The position numbers and the translations under genes are program-made. The notes beneath the pieces are model-generated. The model was given only the letters and a program-made list of their open reading frames with translations, ran no database searches and was not told the origin of the DNA. From the NCBI GenBank assembly GCA_963796965.1, contig CAWCNS010000005.1:650730-714729 (forward strand): a DNA stretch of 64,000 nt, in the 5' to 3' direction. The stretch comes from Calditrichia bacterium. GTDB taxonomy: Bacteria > Calditrichota > Calditrichia > JAJRVZ01. Shown here in pieces: positions 1-12,239 of the stretch. The first letter of the stretch is position 1. Every line of letters starts with the position of its first letter.

Positions 1-1339
1 CTGGTTCGACTAAGGACGCAATTAATTCAAATAATGGCAGATGTATCTCTGAAAGATTTGTCACCTCTGCCGGCCAGTAATTCATTTCAACATTCACATC
101 CGTATGGTAATCACTATTCCAGGGCGTTTGAACTTTATTGGCCCACACGCCCTGTAGATTTGCCGGCAAGGATCCCGGTCTTGAAGACGAGATTAACAAG
201 TAGCGTCCGTATTGGAAGACCAATTCAACAAGATGAGGATCAGGATTCCCTCCCCTGAATGACCGGATACGATCATCTGTAGGAACAGTCTGCAATTTAC
301 CCGGTGTAATATCAAAGTTCACCCTGCTATAATACTTCTGAAACTCTTTTTTATGTGCCTCAAATAATTCTGTATAAGGTGTATTTGAAGCAACCTGAAG
401 ATTGGTATTTGAAAGGCTGATATAATCTCTGCCTTTATAATCAGGATATTTAAGCATATAATCGGTACTCGCCGATAACAGAAGCACCACCTCATCGCCA
501 TCCTCAATAACTAATGATGAATCCGTATACGAGACGCGTCCATTTGAATGGACAGCCGTCAATCTTGAGATATAATGAAGTCCATCACCGCCTTTGCCGT
601 CATGCAGGCTACCCTTCATAATTAGTTGATTATTTTCTGTGTAAGTACGATATCTTTCCGGTCGGTTCATTTTGCACGTAAATGAAATTTGACCGGGTTT
701 ATCTGCTGAAAATTTCGCTACCATTACCTGGTGGGGCTGACTGGTAAATATTTCCCGCTGAAAATTCACACCTTCCTGTGAATACTTAACCCTGACCACT
801 GCATCATCCAGGTCGAGTTCTCGCAAATAATTTGTATAGTTTTTATCATCCTCAAAGTCTATCCATAGATCACCCAATGTTTGATAACAGCCAAAGGGTA
901 CATTTGCACCGTTCCCCTGACCTGAGCCTTTGCCTTTACATACTTGCGTTTTATTGGTCAGAATAGTTGCCTCTCTATAGTTTCCTGCAAACAACAGATT
1001 GCGAATCCTATTTAAGGAAGAGTATGCATGGGGATTAACATTATCATCCGGACTACCAGACCACAGGGTTTCTTCATTTAACTGGATTCTTTCCTTATTA
1101 ACATCACCAAAAACCATCGCTCCTAGAGATCCATTGCCAAGCGGTAAGGCTTTTAGCCATTCCGGATCGTCTTTCCAGGCATTATTATTATCTGCAATCT
1201 GTGCATCCGCCGGATGGTCATACCACAGCCTAAGGTTTTTCTCAGGGAGATTTTCTGTACAACCGTATAAGAATGAGCAGAGAAGGATCCAAACCAATGC
1301 AGAAAATAGTCTTACGATTAATTTTTTGAGAGATGTCAT
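1..1339 (-). CDS. GH95 alpha-L-fucosidase (alpha-1,2-L-fucosidase-like), 5' portion; its 3' end runs off the window edge
   Basis: Manual reverse-complement translation from the ATG at 1339 gives one uninterrupted frame of about 446 aa to position 1. It has a lipoprotein-type signal (LYGC), the GH95 N-terminal motif LPLGNGSLGAMVFG and the motif QGVWAN..W.SDYHT.VN.EMNYW. Confidence 0.8.
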   Translation of the reverse strand, partial: MTSLKKLIVRLFSALVWILLCSFLYGCTENLPEKNLRLWYDHPADAQIADNNNAWKDDPEWLKALPLGNGSLGAMVFGDVNKERIQLNEETLWSGSPDDNVNPHAYSSLNRIRNLLFAGNYREATILTNKTQVCKGKGSGQGNGANVPFGCYQTLGDLWIDFEDDKNYTNYLRELDLDDAVVRVKYSQEGVNFQREIFTSQPHQVMVAKFSADKPGQISFTCKMNRPERYRTYTENNQLIMKGSLHDGKGGDGLHYISRLTAVHSNGRVSYTDSSLVIEDGDEVVLLLSASTDYMLKYPDYKGRDYISLSNTNLQVASNTPYTELFEAHKKEFQKYYSRVNFDITPGKLQTVPTDDRIRSFRGGNPDPHLVELVFQYGRYLLISSSRPGSLPANLQGVWANKVQTPWNSDYHTDVNVEMNYWPAEVTNLSEIHLPLFELIASLVEP

Positions 1340-1383
1340 AATAGTTGCCTTAGATTATTTATATATTATCAGAATTTTATTTG

Positions 1384-1408
1384 GACAGGATAACAGGACA
1401 TACAGGAT
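1384..1408 (-). promoter_or_regulatory. Tandem ACAGGAT x3 array about 45-70 bp upstream of the GH95 start (candidate operator/promoter element)
   Basis: gacaggat aacaggac atacaggat. The same array occurs upstream of two sulfatase genes at 10122-10148 and 20650-20685. Confidence 0.3.
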
Positions 1409-1616
1409 TAAAAAACTTTTAAATTAAAAATAATTTCATGCTCTTCTGCCCTGGGCATCCCCTTGGGAGTATATTCTTTGCGGACCTTCGTGATATTCTT
1501 TAATAATACGATTATCCACGAGGAAGACACAAAGTCCACAAAGGAAGCACTCATATGGGAATAACAATGATAGAGTGAAAAGAAATTTCCCAGATGTAGT
1601 CCATCTTTAAGATGGA

Positions 1617-2681
1617 CTACATCTCTGGAAGGCGATGCCCCGATCGTATCCAATCACCAACCTGCTTTAGGGTTCTTACATCGATATCACGAATCTTTCC
1701 CTCATAATTCGGACCAATATTGATTGAAAATATATTTCCGTACGTCACCGCACCTAGATAATCTTTATAAATCTTTTCTGGTGAGTGGCAGAGGCCATCA
1801 TGTTTAGGTAAGGAATAGAACCAATCTGCCCCACCCTGGTGTTTTGGTAATATGGGATATGTAAACTCTGCTGCCAGATAGCCTTTAAAGTTTTCTTCTC
1901 CTTTTGCATTATATTTGGAAACATTCGTATCACCTATGAGACCAGGCTTTCCTCGTTCCCTCAAGCTAAGTCGGCCGGCAGGTTCACCATGGTTGAAGCC
2001 AACAAAACAATTGGGTTGTAATTTATTTACCCACTCTGCTGTGGCCGTATGAGAAAGTCCACCATCGCTTTGTGCATGATCCATCCAGAAAAATTCGAGG
2101 GGGCCATATTTGGTGCACAATTCTTTTAGTTGTTGCTTTTTTAGCACACTATCTTGCCCCGTCCTCCATATGGGATCTCCCCATTTAGGTTGTCCCGGAA
2201 TTCTTCCATCTTGTGGGATTTCTCCCTTGATCCATGTCCAGTCCCCTTCTGAGAAGTACAGAGCCAGTTTTATTCCATACTTATCACAGGATTTGCGCAA
2301 TTTTGCCAATACATCAACACCGAGGGGACTATTTGTTACCTTAAAATCGGTTGTCTCTGTATCCCATAAACAAAAGCCATCATGATGTTTGGTCAGAAAC
2401 AAAATGTAATTCATGCCAGCTTCTTTGGCGACGCGGCACCATTGATCGGTATCGCATCCAGTGGCCCTGAAATAGTTTACATCACTAATGCCGCGCGTCC
2501 ATTCGTAACCAGAGAAGGTGCTGAACGACCAGCAGATAAACATGCCGAACTCCATTTCTTTGATTTGTTCTGCGCGGATATAATCGTCAATCCTTGCATT
2601 TTTTTCTCCCGGATTTTGACCCTGACAGCCAATTATCACGGGAATAATTAAAGTTATTAAACTGATTAAGATGTTTTTCAT
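1617..2681 (-). CDS. GH29 alpha-L-fucosidase, lipoprotein
   Basis: The 354 aa ORF has an IIGCQG lipobox and the GH29 core, including TKHHDGFCLWDT and the typical GH29 arrangement. Confidence 0.85.
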   Translation of the reverse strand: MKNILISLITLIIPVIIGCQGQNPGEKNARIDDYIRAEQIKEMEFGMFICWSFSTFSGYEWTRGISDVNYFRATGCDTDQWCRVAKEAGMNYILFLTKHHDGFCLWDTETTDFKVTNSPLGVDVLAKLRKSCDKYGIKLALYFSEGDWTWIKGEIPQDGRIPGQPKWGDPIWRTGQDSVLKKQQLKELCTKYGPLEFFWMDHAQSDGGLSHTATAEWVNKLQPNCFVGFNHGEPAGRLSLRERGKPGLIGDTNVSKYNAKGEENFKGYLAAEFTYPILPKHQGGADWFYSLPKHDGLCHSPEKIYKDYLGAVTYGNIFSINIGPNYEGKIRDIDVRTLKQVGDWIRSGHRLPEM

Positions 2682-2900
2682 AATTTTAACCTTTGTTATC
2701 TGTCATCCGTTGAGGTGAACTCCCATTATATCCTAAAAATGGAAATCGGCATTTCCAAAATATGCCTGGTCATATAGATTAATTTTCCTTTTTGTCATCC
2801 CGTTCCGGGACTGAATGACAAGAATCGGATTAGACCTTCATTATATTCGTGGTTAAAAACCGCAGTTTCATATCCTATACTGGTATCAATAAGATCCAAA

Positions 2901-4310
2901 TTAAACATCTTCAATTTTAATTATCCAGGCATAATCTCCCGGCGGATTATCACAGATTGAATCAGGAATCTCAACTACCATTTCATGCTTTTGCATTTTC
3001 CACTTCAAGATTTGTTCTCTGCCCAGCAATGTGATTTGTGAAGATTCTCCAGGCTTATTTAATTTTAGGTTTATTTTTGAGGGTGGTCTCTTTTCATTCT
3101 CATTTGCCAAATAAATAGCATACATGGATCGACTGTTTTTATTCTGAGTATAACAAACCTTTCCTTTTTTGTAGGGTGCAAGTGGCTGTGACCCATAAAT
3201 GGCTTCTCCATTAATATCCATCCAACACCCTATTTCTTCCAGACGTTTATAGGCCTCTTTCTCCCAAAGTCCCTCAGGCGTTGGACCAATATTCAATAGA
3301 AAATTTCCACCCTTGGCGACCACATCCACCAGGGTATGGATCAATTGCCGTGCACTCTTGTATTCCGGTTCAAAATTATGCCCCCAACTTTGAGTCATGG
3401 TCATACAGGTTTCCCAGGGAAAGGGTAATACCTCATCCGGAACCTCTTGCTCAGGCGTCCTGTAATTTTCATAGGGGCCGTGAACTGTTCTGTCTACGAC
3501 AATTAAACCCGGTTGATGCCGTCTGGCCATATTAATTATTCTGGGCATATTTATATCCTGCTCCCATTCCGGAATATTATACCCCCAGGAACGCACCTCA
3601 TCCGTAATCGTCGAATTAGGACGAACCCAGCCGCCGTCAAGCCAAAGAATATCCATATTGCCATATCCGGTCATCAACTCTTCAATTTGGTTATAGGTAA
3701 AATCACGGAACGTCTGCCATCGTTGTGGATATTTTCTCACATCATAATTATTGCAGCGGTTGGGTGTAGCCAGTAACGGTGACCAATAAGCAGGGTGATG
3801 CCAATCAGGTTTGGAAAAATAGACACCTGTCATAAATCCCTTATCGTGAAAAGCATTAAAAACTTCCTTGGCAATATTTGCTTTGGGATGCATTGAAAAG
3901 GGACATTTCTCTCCAGTTATCTTAAAATCCGATTGTTTTGTATCGAACATATTGAAACCATCATGATGTTTGGTAGAAAATATCAGATATTTCATTCCGG
4001 CATTTAAAGCAGCCTCCGCCCAGGGTTGGGGATCAAATTTTTGCGGGTTGAACTTTTTGATGAGATTAAAATACATCTCTTTATATTCCGTATAGGGCAT
4101 CCCTCCTCTATCCTGGAATGGCTGATCTTCTGAACAGAGTCCCCAGGATTCAACAATACCCAATTGGGCATAGAGCCCCCAGTGCATCATCAATCCAAAT
4201 TTCAAATCCTGCCAGTGCTCAAGTTTCTTACGTACCAGGGGATCATCAGGATATTCATAATTCGTTTTTTGAAAGGGGTGCTCCTGACCCTTTAAATCTT
4301 TTGAGTTCAT
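2901..4310 (-). CDS. GH29 alpha-L-fucosidase
   Basis: The 469 aa ORF carries STKHHDGFNMFDT and WLDGGW and has a C-terminal beta-sandwich domain. No obvious signal peptide is present. Confidence 0.85.
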   Translation of the reverse strand: MNSKDLKGQEHPFQKTNYEYPDDPLVRKKLEHWQDLKFGLMMHWGLYAQLGIVESWGLCSEDQPFQDRGGMPYTEYKEMYFNLIKKFNPQKFDPQPWAEAALNAGMKYLIFSTKHHDGFNMFDTKQSDFKITGEKCPFSMHPKANIAKEVFNAFHDKGFMTGVYFSKPDWHHPAYWSPLLATPNRCNNYDVRKYPQRWQTFRDFTYNQIEELMTGYGNMDILWLDGGWVRPNSTITDEVRSWGYNIPEWEQDINMPRIINMARRHQPGLIVVDRTVHGPYENYRTPEQEVPDEVLPFPWETCMTMTQSWGHNFEPEYKSARQLIHTLVDVVAKGGNFLLNIGPTPEGLWEKEAYKRLEEIGCWMDINGEAIYGSQPLAPYKKGKVCYTQNKNSRSMYAIYLANENEKRPPSKINLKLNKPGESSQITLLGREQILKWKMQKHEMVVEIPDSICDNPPGDYAWIIKIEDV

Positions 4311-4469
4311 AACTATAATTGAATCCTTATTAATTCGTAGTTGCAGACCACAAAGACTTAGTCCAACGAATTATACACAGATAAACTCGACAGTCAATAA
4401 ATTTGACGAATAAATTGAAATAAATTGCTCTTATTTTGATTAGTGAAATTCGTAGTAATTCGTGGATAT

Positions 4470-5826
4470 CTAATTACTCTCTATCTCGTTCCCCTTCTCC
4501 CGATAGAGATCCACCGGACCTTTAAGGAGGACAGCCAGCACTGTAGCCTGCTCATCCAATACTTTCTCTGGTACATCGATATATACAACCCCGGGTACCG
4601 TACTCCAGAATAGTTTCATTTTTATATCCCAGGAGAGTTTGGTTCCGTTACCCACAACCCAAATTCGGTTGATTTCATTTTTCAATCCTTTAATAACAAT
4701 CGGTCCATTAGGTTTATGGGGGAGATATAGATATAAGATGTCCTTATTTTTAGAAAGAGCGGTCGGTCCATAATAATGGCCATGGGGAATACCTGCCCGT
4801 GTTCCATAGATAGCCTCCTCATGTTTAGTGGACCAACGGCCGAGCTCATTGAGGATTTGAACCTGTTCTTCCGGAATTGAGCCGTCAGCCTTTGGACCTA
4901 TATCAAGAAGCATATTACCCCCCATACTAATACAATCGACAAAAATTCGGATGATCTGATTTGCTGACTTGTAATTATGGTCGTTATGTTGGTAGCCCCA
5001 GGAATCATTCATGGTCATACATAATTCCCACCACTTGCCTTCGGGTTTGGTGACTGGCAGACCTTGTTCCGGAGTGGCATAATCCCCATAACCTTGAAGA
5101 CGGGAATTGATAATAACGTTCGGATTATTATCCAGCAGAAGTTCCCGGATTTCCTTTGCTTGCCATCTTTCAGCACTCTGTTCCCAATCACCATCAAACC
5201 ATACCAAATCAGGGTTGTATTCTTCAGATAGTTCTTCAATCTGCCCTAAGTTAAACACAGTAAAACGTTCAAACCGCAATGAATCACTTTCGTAACGTTT
5301 CTGATCCCGCAGAAAATTTGGATAGTCCGGATGGGACCAGTCCAATAGGGAATAATATAACCCAACTTTCAGATCATTATCACGTAAAGCCTGGCAATAG
5401 GGTCCTACCAGATCTCGCTTGGCGGATGTTTTATTAACCACATTAAGATCAGACTGTTCCGTGTTCCATAACGCAACACCATCATGATGTTTTGCTGTCA
5501 AAACGGCATATTTAGCACCGCTAGCCTTGATTAATTTTGCCCAGTATTGGGGATCATAATTTTTAGACTGTAAATCCATTCAATTGCCCCATATAGTCAT
5601 CATACGTGATATAGCCATTGTGGAAGGACCATGACTCATCGATACCATTGACAGCATATATGCCCCAATGAATAAAAATACCCAACTTGGCATCTTTAAA
5701 CCATTGCATACGCTCTGCCTTGTGCTCGACAGATTCTTCGCTCTGTGCAAGAAGGCCCAGTGTTCCAATAAATAAAAGTCCCATAATAACGATAATTATT
5801 CTTCTCATATTTACCCTTTCCGACAA
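4470..5826 (-). pseudogene. GH29 alpha-L-fucosidase disrupted by one frameshift (N-terminal fragment 5563-5826, C-terminal fragment 4470-5579)
   Basis: The N-terminal ORF has a signal peptide plus WFKDAKLGIFIHWG. The C-terminal ORF has NYDPQYWAKL and AKHHDG. The two frames overlap by 17 nt at ~5563-5579, and together they give a normal ~456 aa GH29. Confidence 0.7.
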
Positions 5827-6056
5827 AGCATTTTTGATTCTAGTTCACTGTCATTCCGTCCCGGAACGGGATCCCTTTGGATAGGAATCTTCCCAGATGT
5901 TGCATTTTTGGTTTCATGTGGAAAGATCCTTTCAGGATGACAATCACAATTTTAACAATTAAAACCATCACATTTAATATTGAACAATTTAACCATTGCC
6001 AATACATATTCACGCTTCCCATTGATTATCACACTTGATGGGAATAGATTTATGAT

Positions 6057-8313
6057 TCAATTTGGTTGGAGTGAGAGCCTTTCTCCTATAGATGTTGATA
6101 TCACCAGTCGCCTTCCTTCTAAAATTTCTTCAACTCCTCCACTACGTTGAAGAACAACCGGCTTTCCTATCCATGGATTTACAACAGTACACTTTCTCCC
6201 CTTTTCACTATAAATTCTGATATGCGATATATGCCCATTTTTAAGATCACTGGAAACCAAAAAGGCACCTGGAATCCGGAGATTGGTGAAACTGGCGTCC
6301 TTTTTCCGTGGCCAGACGGGAAAAACTCTTAATACATTTTGATGTCCCATACAAAGCATTTCATTTATTGTATTTGGAACCGTACTGCAATTCTCAATCC
6401 CATGGGGATTATTTTTTTGAAAGCCATTGGGATATGTATTTTGTACTAATTCGGACAGGTGCATTAATATAGTCTTGGGATCGTAGCCAACCCGAACGGC
6501 AGCGGGGTAGAAACTATTGGTTCCATTATAATCCAACCAGCGATCCATAATCTCAATGGTATTTCTTGAGATCTCCAACACCTGCGGATCGCTGTCTAAT
6601 CCAATCTGGCCAGCAGGATAAATATGCTGTATTCCTAAGGTATTATCATTCCACCAGGATGTACCTTCCTCTGAATAGCGAAAGACCTGTTCCCCATCTT
6701 TGATTTGGAGGGGATAAGGAGGCATTTTTTTTAGAATATTTCCCCATTCTTCGATCTTATTAAGATTCTGCTCAAGATACACACTCATATCAATGGCTGT
6801 TTGTAAAACCATACGGAACCAATCCTAATGATAAAATCGGATTCTTTGTTCCATAGGTCCCCTCATGAATAGCATCATTATAGATATTATACTGTCCATT
6901 TTCAAGAACAAGATACTTTTCCCAAAATTTTACAACATCGATTACAAATGGATAGACCCGTCGGGTGAATGCTGCATCATACGTATGATAAAAATGAGCA
7001 GAAATATTTGTAACACAATAAGCAGCATTACTTTTCTGGCCCCAAAACATCCCTTCATCTTCATAGGCATCAAGATGAGATTTGCGTTTTTCGGCAGGAG
7101 ATTTGCGCGTTGTTTCGATGCCTTTTGGTCCGATTCCTACCGGATACAAAACCCCTTGTATTCCACATACTTTTTGGGCATAATATTGACCCCTGGTGTG
7201 GAAATCAAGAATTGGTGCAATATAGGGCAACGCTTGCTCAATACGGTTAGAACTGTATAAGGAATAAAACGGCGCCATATGATTATAGTTAAGATGATAA
7301 TCTCCGCTCCACCAGGGCTTGTTTACACTAACCCAGGGTCCAAAAAGGGAAGGTGGAAATTCAGGGTCCCTGGAAGAACTACCCATCGTGTACAGGGATA
7401 AGTAATAATATTTTTCAAGAAGCGTGTCATTTAAACTCACATAACTTTTTGCCCAAAAGTTTTGCCACCAGTCCCGATGTGCATATACAATTTCATCCAG
7501 ATCAGCCAGATCGACAAGGTTAATTGCATCTTCAATATAATTCTTATTCTTAAACAAACTTGCCATCCCCAGATAGAGTTGAATCTTCTCCCCCGGTTCT
7601 ATCCTGAATTCCCCTCCATTAGTCGTCGACATATTTAATGCCAGGGCAACAGCACTGGGAATTTCAACATTTTTTTCAAATTTTCGTACCATCCATAAGA
7701 TACCTTTTGACCTGCCCTGGAGGGAGTCTGACTGGCCTCCCTGGATGCTATGCAGGGAAATTCTTCCCGTTGTTGCTTTTTTTTCTGCTTCTATCTCAAC
7801 TATAAAGAGATTTGTCGTTGCGGCTACAAAACATTTTATTTTTAAATTTTTATCGTCTTTATCTAATATGATTTTTGTTGTCGCATCGTATAGATTTTGT
7901 GTTGCACGATAATCTCCCATTTTAAAATCCGGAAATTCAATATCAAGATGGCCGATTCCGCTAAAATATCCCCTATCGTGCTCAGATTTGAAGCGCCAGA
8001 AATCATTCTTGCTCAACCAAAAGCTAATCTTTTCCGGATCACCACCAATGGCCACTGCCATATCACCATTACCTAATAAAGGTGCGTCCACAGAGTATGG
8101 CATGGGAATTTTTTGAGGAGGGGTATCAAATATTATTTCATATTTTGAAACAATATTTTTTGATTTTTCTATATGGGGATTGTTTTTTGTCTGGCAGGAG
8201 AATATATGACTCTGAATAAATATGATTAATACTAAAATGGTTTTTGAAAGCAAGTAAAAATATTTAAAAATGATCATCATTTTTCTCTTTTCCATTATCG
8301 AGAGAGTTTCCAA
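6057..8313 (-). pseudogene. GH95 alpha-L-fucosidase disrupted by one frameshift (fragments 6790-8313 and 6057-6812)
   Basis: The 507 aa N-terminal fragment (signal peptide, LGNGDMAVAIGG) and the 251 aa C-terminal fragment (RVFPVWP..FLVSSDL) overlap by 23 nt in different frames. Together they give a GH95-sized protein of ~758 aa. Confidence 0.7.
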
Positions 8314-8400
8314 TCAATATTAATGAAGCCAACAGATATATCAGATTTATGGCAATCATAGATTTTCCATTTAGTATTCATACGTTTGAAAAATAGCTTT

Positions 8401-8552
8401 TCACACAGCGATACTACGACGCGAAGAGAAACAATACAAAATAAATAACACAAAAGAAAAAATAGTAGTTAAACTACTATCATTATGGTAGAAAAATATT
8501 TTTTATCTTGTATTTTGTATTAAAAATCGCTGCGCCGTTGCGTCGCTGCGTG
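8401..8552. repeat. About 150 bp imperfect long palindrome (MITE/REP-like) whose termini are the heptad-array motif TCACRCAGCGAC...
   Basis: The left arm tcacacagcgatactacgacgcgaagag...tagtagtt pairs with the reverse complement of the right arm ...aactacta...tcgctgcgccgttgcgtcgctgcgtga. The interior is AT-rich. Confidence 0.6.
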
Positions 8553-8593
8553 AAATGCAAATATGGTAATAAGTAAAACTTATAAAACTACCT

Positions 8594-10070
8594 TTATCTG
8601 GAATAATGCGGATTTACTGTCGGCATTTGAGCATCTACCTCTTGTTGCCAGGCATGAAGTTTCTTATGTAAATCTACAACTTTGTCCGGCATTTCAGTAG
8701 CAAGATTGTTCATCTCTCCAATATCTTCTTTTAAATTATAGAGTTCTACATGATCATCTTCAAAGAACTCAATAAGTTTAAAATCACCCTCTCTAATAGC
8801 CGAGCCCGGACTTCCCCCCTGATTGCCATAATGGGGATAATGCCAGAATATGGCCTCTCTTTCCAAGCCTGTTTTGCCCTTCAAAAGAGGTACTAATGAG
8901 ACACCATCCCTATGCTGTTTTGGATTCCCGGAAAAACCTGCCATTTCTAATATCGTCGGATAGAAATCCGTGCTGGTAACCGGCACCGCACAGATATTTC
9001 CCTCGTTAGATGCACCGGACCATTTGATGATCATCGGTTCGCGAATACCTCCTTCGTATAACCAGCCTTTTCCGGCTCGAAGCGGCAAATTGCTGGTGGG
9101 ATGTCCTTCAGAAGTTGAGAGTCCGCCATTATCTGACATAAATATGACCACTGTGTTTTTATCAAGCCTTAAATCTCGTAGTTTTTTCAGGACCTTTCCA
9201 ACAGCCATATCCATTGCCTCTACCATTCCTGCATAGACAGCATGGTCCTGAACAAGACGCCATTTCCGATCTCCTTCCTGCCCCCATTTAGGTCCATTGA
9301 CAACCTGCTTTTGTGCTTTGGCCTCATACTTTATCTGCAGATCCTCACGTGAAATTAATGGGGTATGGACAGAATAAAAGGAGAGATAGGCGAAGAAGGG
9401 TTGTTCCTGGTTTTCTTCGATAAACTGACAGGTTTCACTTGCCAAGCGGTCAGGAAGATGCTCGCCTTCGGGACCATCAGATAATCTCGGATTGCCGTAA
9501 GGCGAAAAATACCTCTTTCCGCCATAGGGCCCCCCCCTCTCCCAACCACCCTTATTTACATCAAAGCCCTGATCTTCCGGATAATATCCTTCGTGCCCCA
9601 AATGCCATTTACCGGCAAAAAAGGTAGCATAGCCATTATTGTTTCAGTTTTTCGGCAATGGTTTCTTCTTCCAGAGGCAGGTGTTCAATATACGATGCAG
9701 GTAGAAAGCGTTTATTTTTTGTCCAATGTTTTGCCGCCGTTTCTGGTTGGGGTGCCCCGAACCAGTCAGTGGTATTCATTCGAGCCGGATATTTCCCACT
9801 CATGATACTGGCCCGTGTTGGGCTGCACACAGGACATGCCGCGTAGGCATCGGTAAACCGCATACCCTCAACTGCTAACTGGTCAATATTTGGCGTTTCA
9901 TAGAAACTACTTCCAAAGACACCCACATCAGTCCATCCCAGATCATCTACCAAGATGAAGACGAAATTTGGTTTTTCTTTTTCGATGCAGGACATCATAA
10001 TCAGCGTAATAAAAAAAATAGAAAATATCAACTGAATAGATCTGAAATCTTGTTTTATCATGGAAACCAT
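8594..10070 (-). pseudogene. S1 family sulfatase (formylglycine-dependent) with one frame disruption near 9601-9640
   Basis: The N-terminal fragment has a signal peptide, [11 protein letters not shown] and the FGly motif CPVCSPTR. The C-terminal fragment continues in another frame, unmarked by an ATG. The junction reads ...AEKLKQ* / [15 protein letters not shown]. Confidence 0.7.
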
Positions 10071-10121
10071 CGATGCCTCTCGTTACGATTTGATCTCAAA
10101 TTATATAATTTTAAAAGAACT

Positions 10122-10148
10122 GGACAGGATAACAGGATTTAGAGGATC
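10122..10148 (-). promoter_or_regulatory. Tandem ACAGGAT array 52-78 bp upstream of the sulfatase start at 10070; an inverted copy lies at 10294-10307
   Basis: The sequence is ggacaggat aacaggat ttagaggat c. The perfect 14 bp inverted partner cctgttatcctgtc lies 175 bp away. Confidence 0.3.
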
Positions 10149-10378
10149 TTTTGAAATAATTTCTTCTAAACGAGAATATTATAATTTTTAGTTGCTCTTT
10201 ATGTCTTTACAGGCCGAAATACCGATCTCCAATCGGGAGAATGACGAGAAGGTCATCCTGAATTTATTTCAGGATCTCTCTGATAAATACAACCCTGTTA
10301 TCCTGTCTAAAGAAAACATTTACATTAATCTGAAACTGATTTCACCAGATATCTTCATTCGATTAACTATTATTCACT

Positions 10379-12203
10379 TTATAGATTTAGCCCCTCAATC
10401 TTAAATGTCCAGGCGTATAAACCAGGTAATTCATTCAAATACATATCGCTCAAGTCAACACGAACCTTCCCATCTTCATGTTTATAGGAAAAATATCCTT
10501 CCCTGCCCAGCATGGAAATGTTCACATCCGCTCCAGATAAATCTACAGGCAAAATCAATTCACGTCCCGGCCAATCAAGAATAGTGACATATAAATTTCC
10601 CTGGTTTTGTGTATAGCAAATATATTGAGTTTTGGAGCGGTAGATTCCCTTAAGACCATTCTTCGCAGCCCTATCTTGGGATGTAAAGAATGCTGATTCG
10701 GGAACGACTTGTTTTTCCTGGCTCTTCGATGACCAGAACAATCTAATAGAAGCGTTCTGTTTACTTTCAAAATAGTCGATTTTTATGGTGTGCTTATTAC
10801 CTGACCTGAGTTGTATTTTACCTTCTTCCCGGGTCTTTGCTTCATTCATCATCACATTTCCATCGGCACTCTCTTCTGACTTTTTCCATTTATCAATGAT
10901 TAGTTTTCCATCTATCCATAACCGCATACCATCATCGGCTTGTGCTTCAAAGAAATATTCCTCCGAATATTCCGGCTTGAATAAATCCTGTCCAGGTAGC
11001 GGTGAAATTATCTTCGATAATCGGCTTACCCGGTGTATTTCTAACCCAGTTAAAATTGATCTGCGGATCAACACGTTCCAATATGACATCTTTTTCCTCT
11101 CCGGCACGTTCCCACATGGTTGATCCGTAAATAGCCTCACCATTGATAGCCAGCCATTCTCCCAGCTGAACCAATCGTTCCTGCTGCAGTAAGGGAATCT
11201 GACCGTCCGCCTTCGGACCTACATTGATCGTAATGCCCCCTCCATGGGAAACAGCTTTTGCAAAAAAATGTATCAAAGCCTCCGGCGTCATATAGGCTTC
11301 TAACTTTTCATTTCGATTTAGACCAAAACTTCTCCCCAAACCACGGACTTCCGCCCAGGGGCGGTCGGACATTTTCAGACCGGAACTATACTCGGGGGTC
11401 CGGTAACCAATATTACTCCCCCCTCCCCAGCGATCATTTACGATAGCCTCATCCCCGACAAGATTATAATACCAGGATAACAGTTCAGCAGCATGAAAAT
11501 CATCAGCCTTGTTAAACCATTCTCCATCTGAAAATATGAGCGAGGGTTTATAGGTACCAATCAATTCTTTGAACTGCGGGATCATATGCTTTTCTACATA
11601 CGGTCCGATATTTTCATTCGGATCCGTGTACCAACGATGAAGGGGATGATTCCATTCTGTAAGGGAATAATACAATCCCATTTTAAGGCCGGCAGCACGG
11701 GTTGCGTCTGATAATTCACCCACAATATCCTTTTTGGGTCCCACATCAACACTATTCCAACCCGACGCATATTTACTGGGCCATAAACAATAACCATCAT
11801 GATGCTTGGCAACAAAGATAATATAGCGGGCACCGCTCCGTTTAAATAGGTTTGCCCATTCCTCAGCATCAAACAATTCGGCTTTAAAAAGAGGGGCATA
11901 ATCACGGTAGGTAAAATCCTCGCCATAAACCCGTTTCTGAAAATTTGTTCTGCGCGGATCACCCACTTGAAGCCCTCTTAGGAACCATTCGTTGTAGGAT
12001 TCCTTCCCCCCATAGGCCGGAACCGAGGAGACCCCCCAGTGAATAAAGATACCCAACTTGGCATCTTTGAACCATTGCGGATAGGGGCGGGTACGTAACT
12101 CTTCCCAATTGGCAGTCCATATTTTGGATGATTTCCCATCCTGGGCAAGCAGAGAGAAGGATAAAGTTAGAATTATGACGCTAACAAGAAATCTGATATA
12201 CAT
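10379..12203 (-). pseudogene. GH29 alpha-L-fucosidase with a C-terminal PA14 domain, one frameshift near 10947-11143
   Basis: The 418 aa fragment has a signal peptide, WFKDAKLGIFIHWG and AKHHDGYCLW. Its C-terminus FTATWTGFIQ is the start of a PA14 domain. The 254 aa fragment continues with EAQADDGMRLWIDGKLIIDKW...IKIDYFES (PA14) plus a fucosidase C-terminal domain. Confidence 0.7.
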
Positions 12204-12239
12204 TTTATACTCCCGAGAATTTATAGTAATTTTTTATTT

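Noticed and set aside
2110-2651. Plus-strand ORFs 2110-2385 and 2382-2651 inside the GH29 gene
   Set aside because: They lie entirely within a well-supported minus-strand GH29 CDS and have low-complexity composition. They are shadow ORFs.
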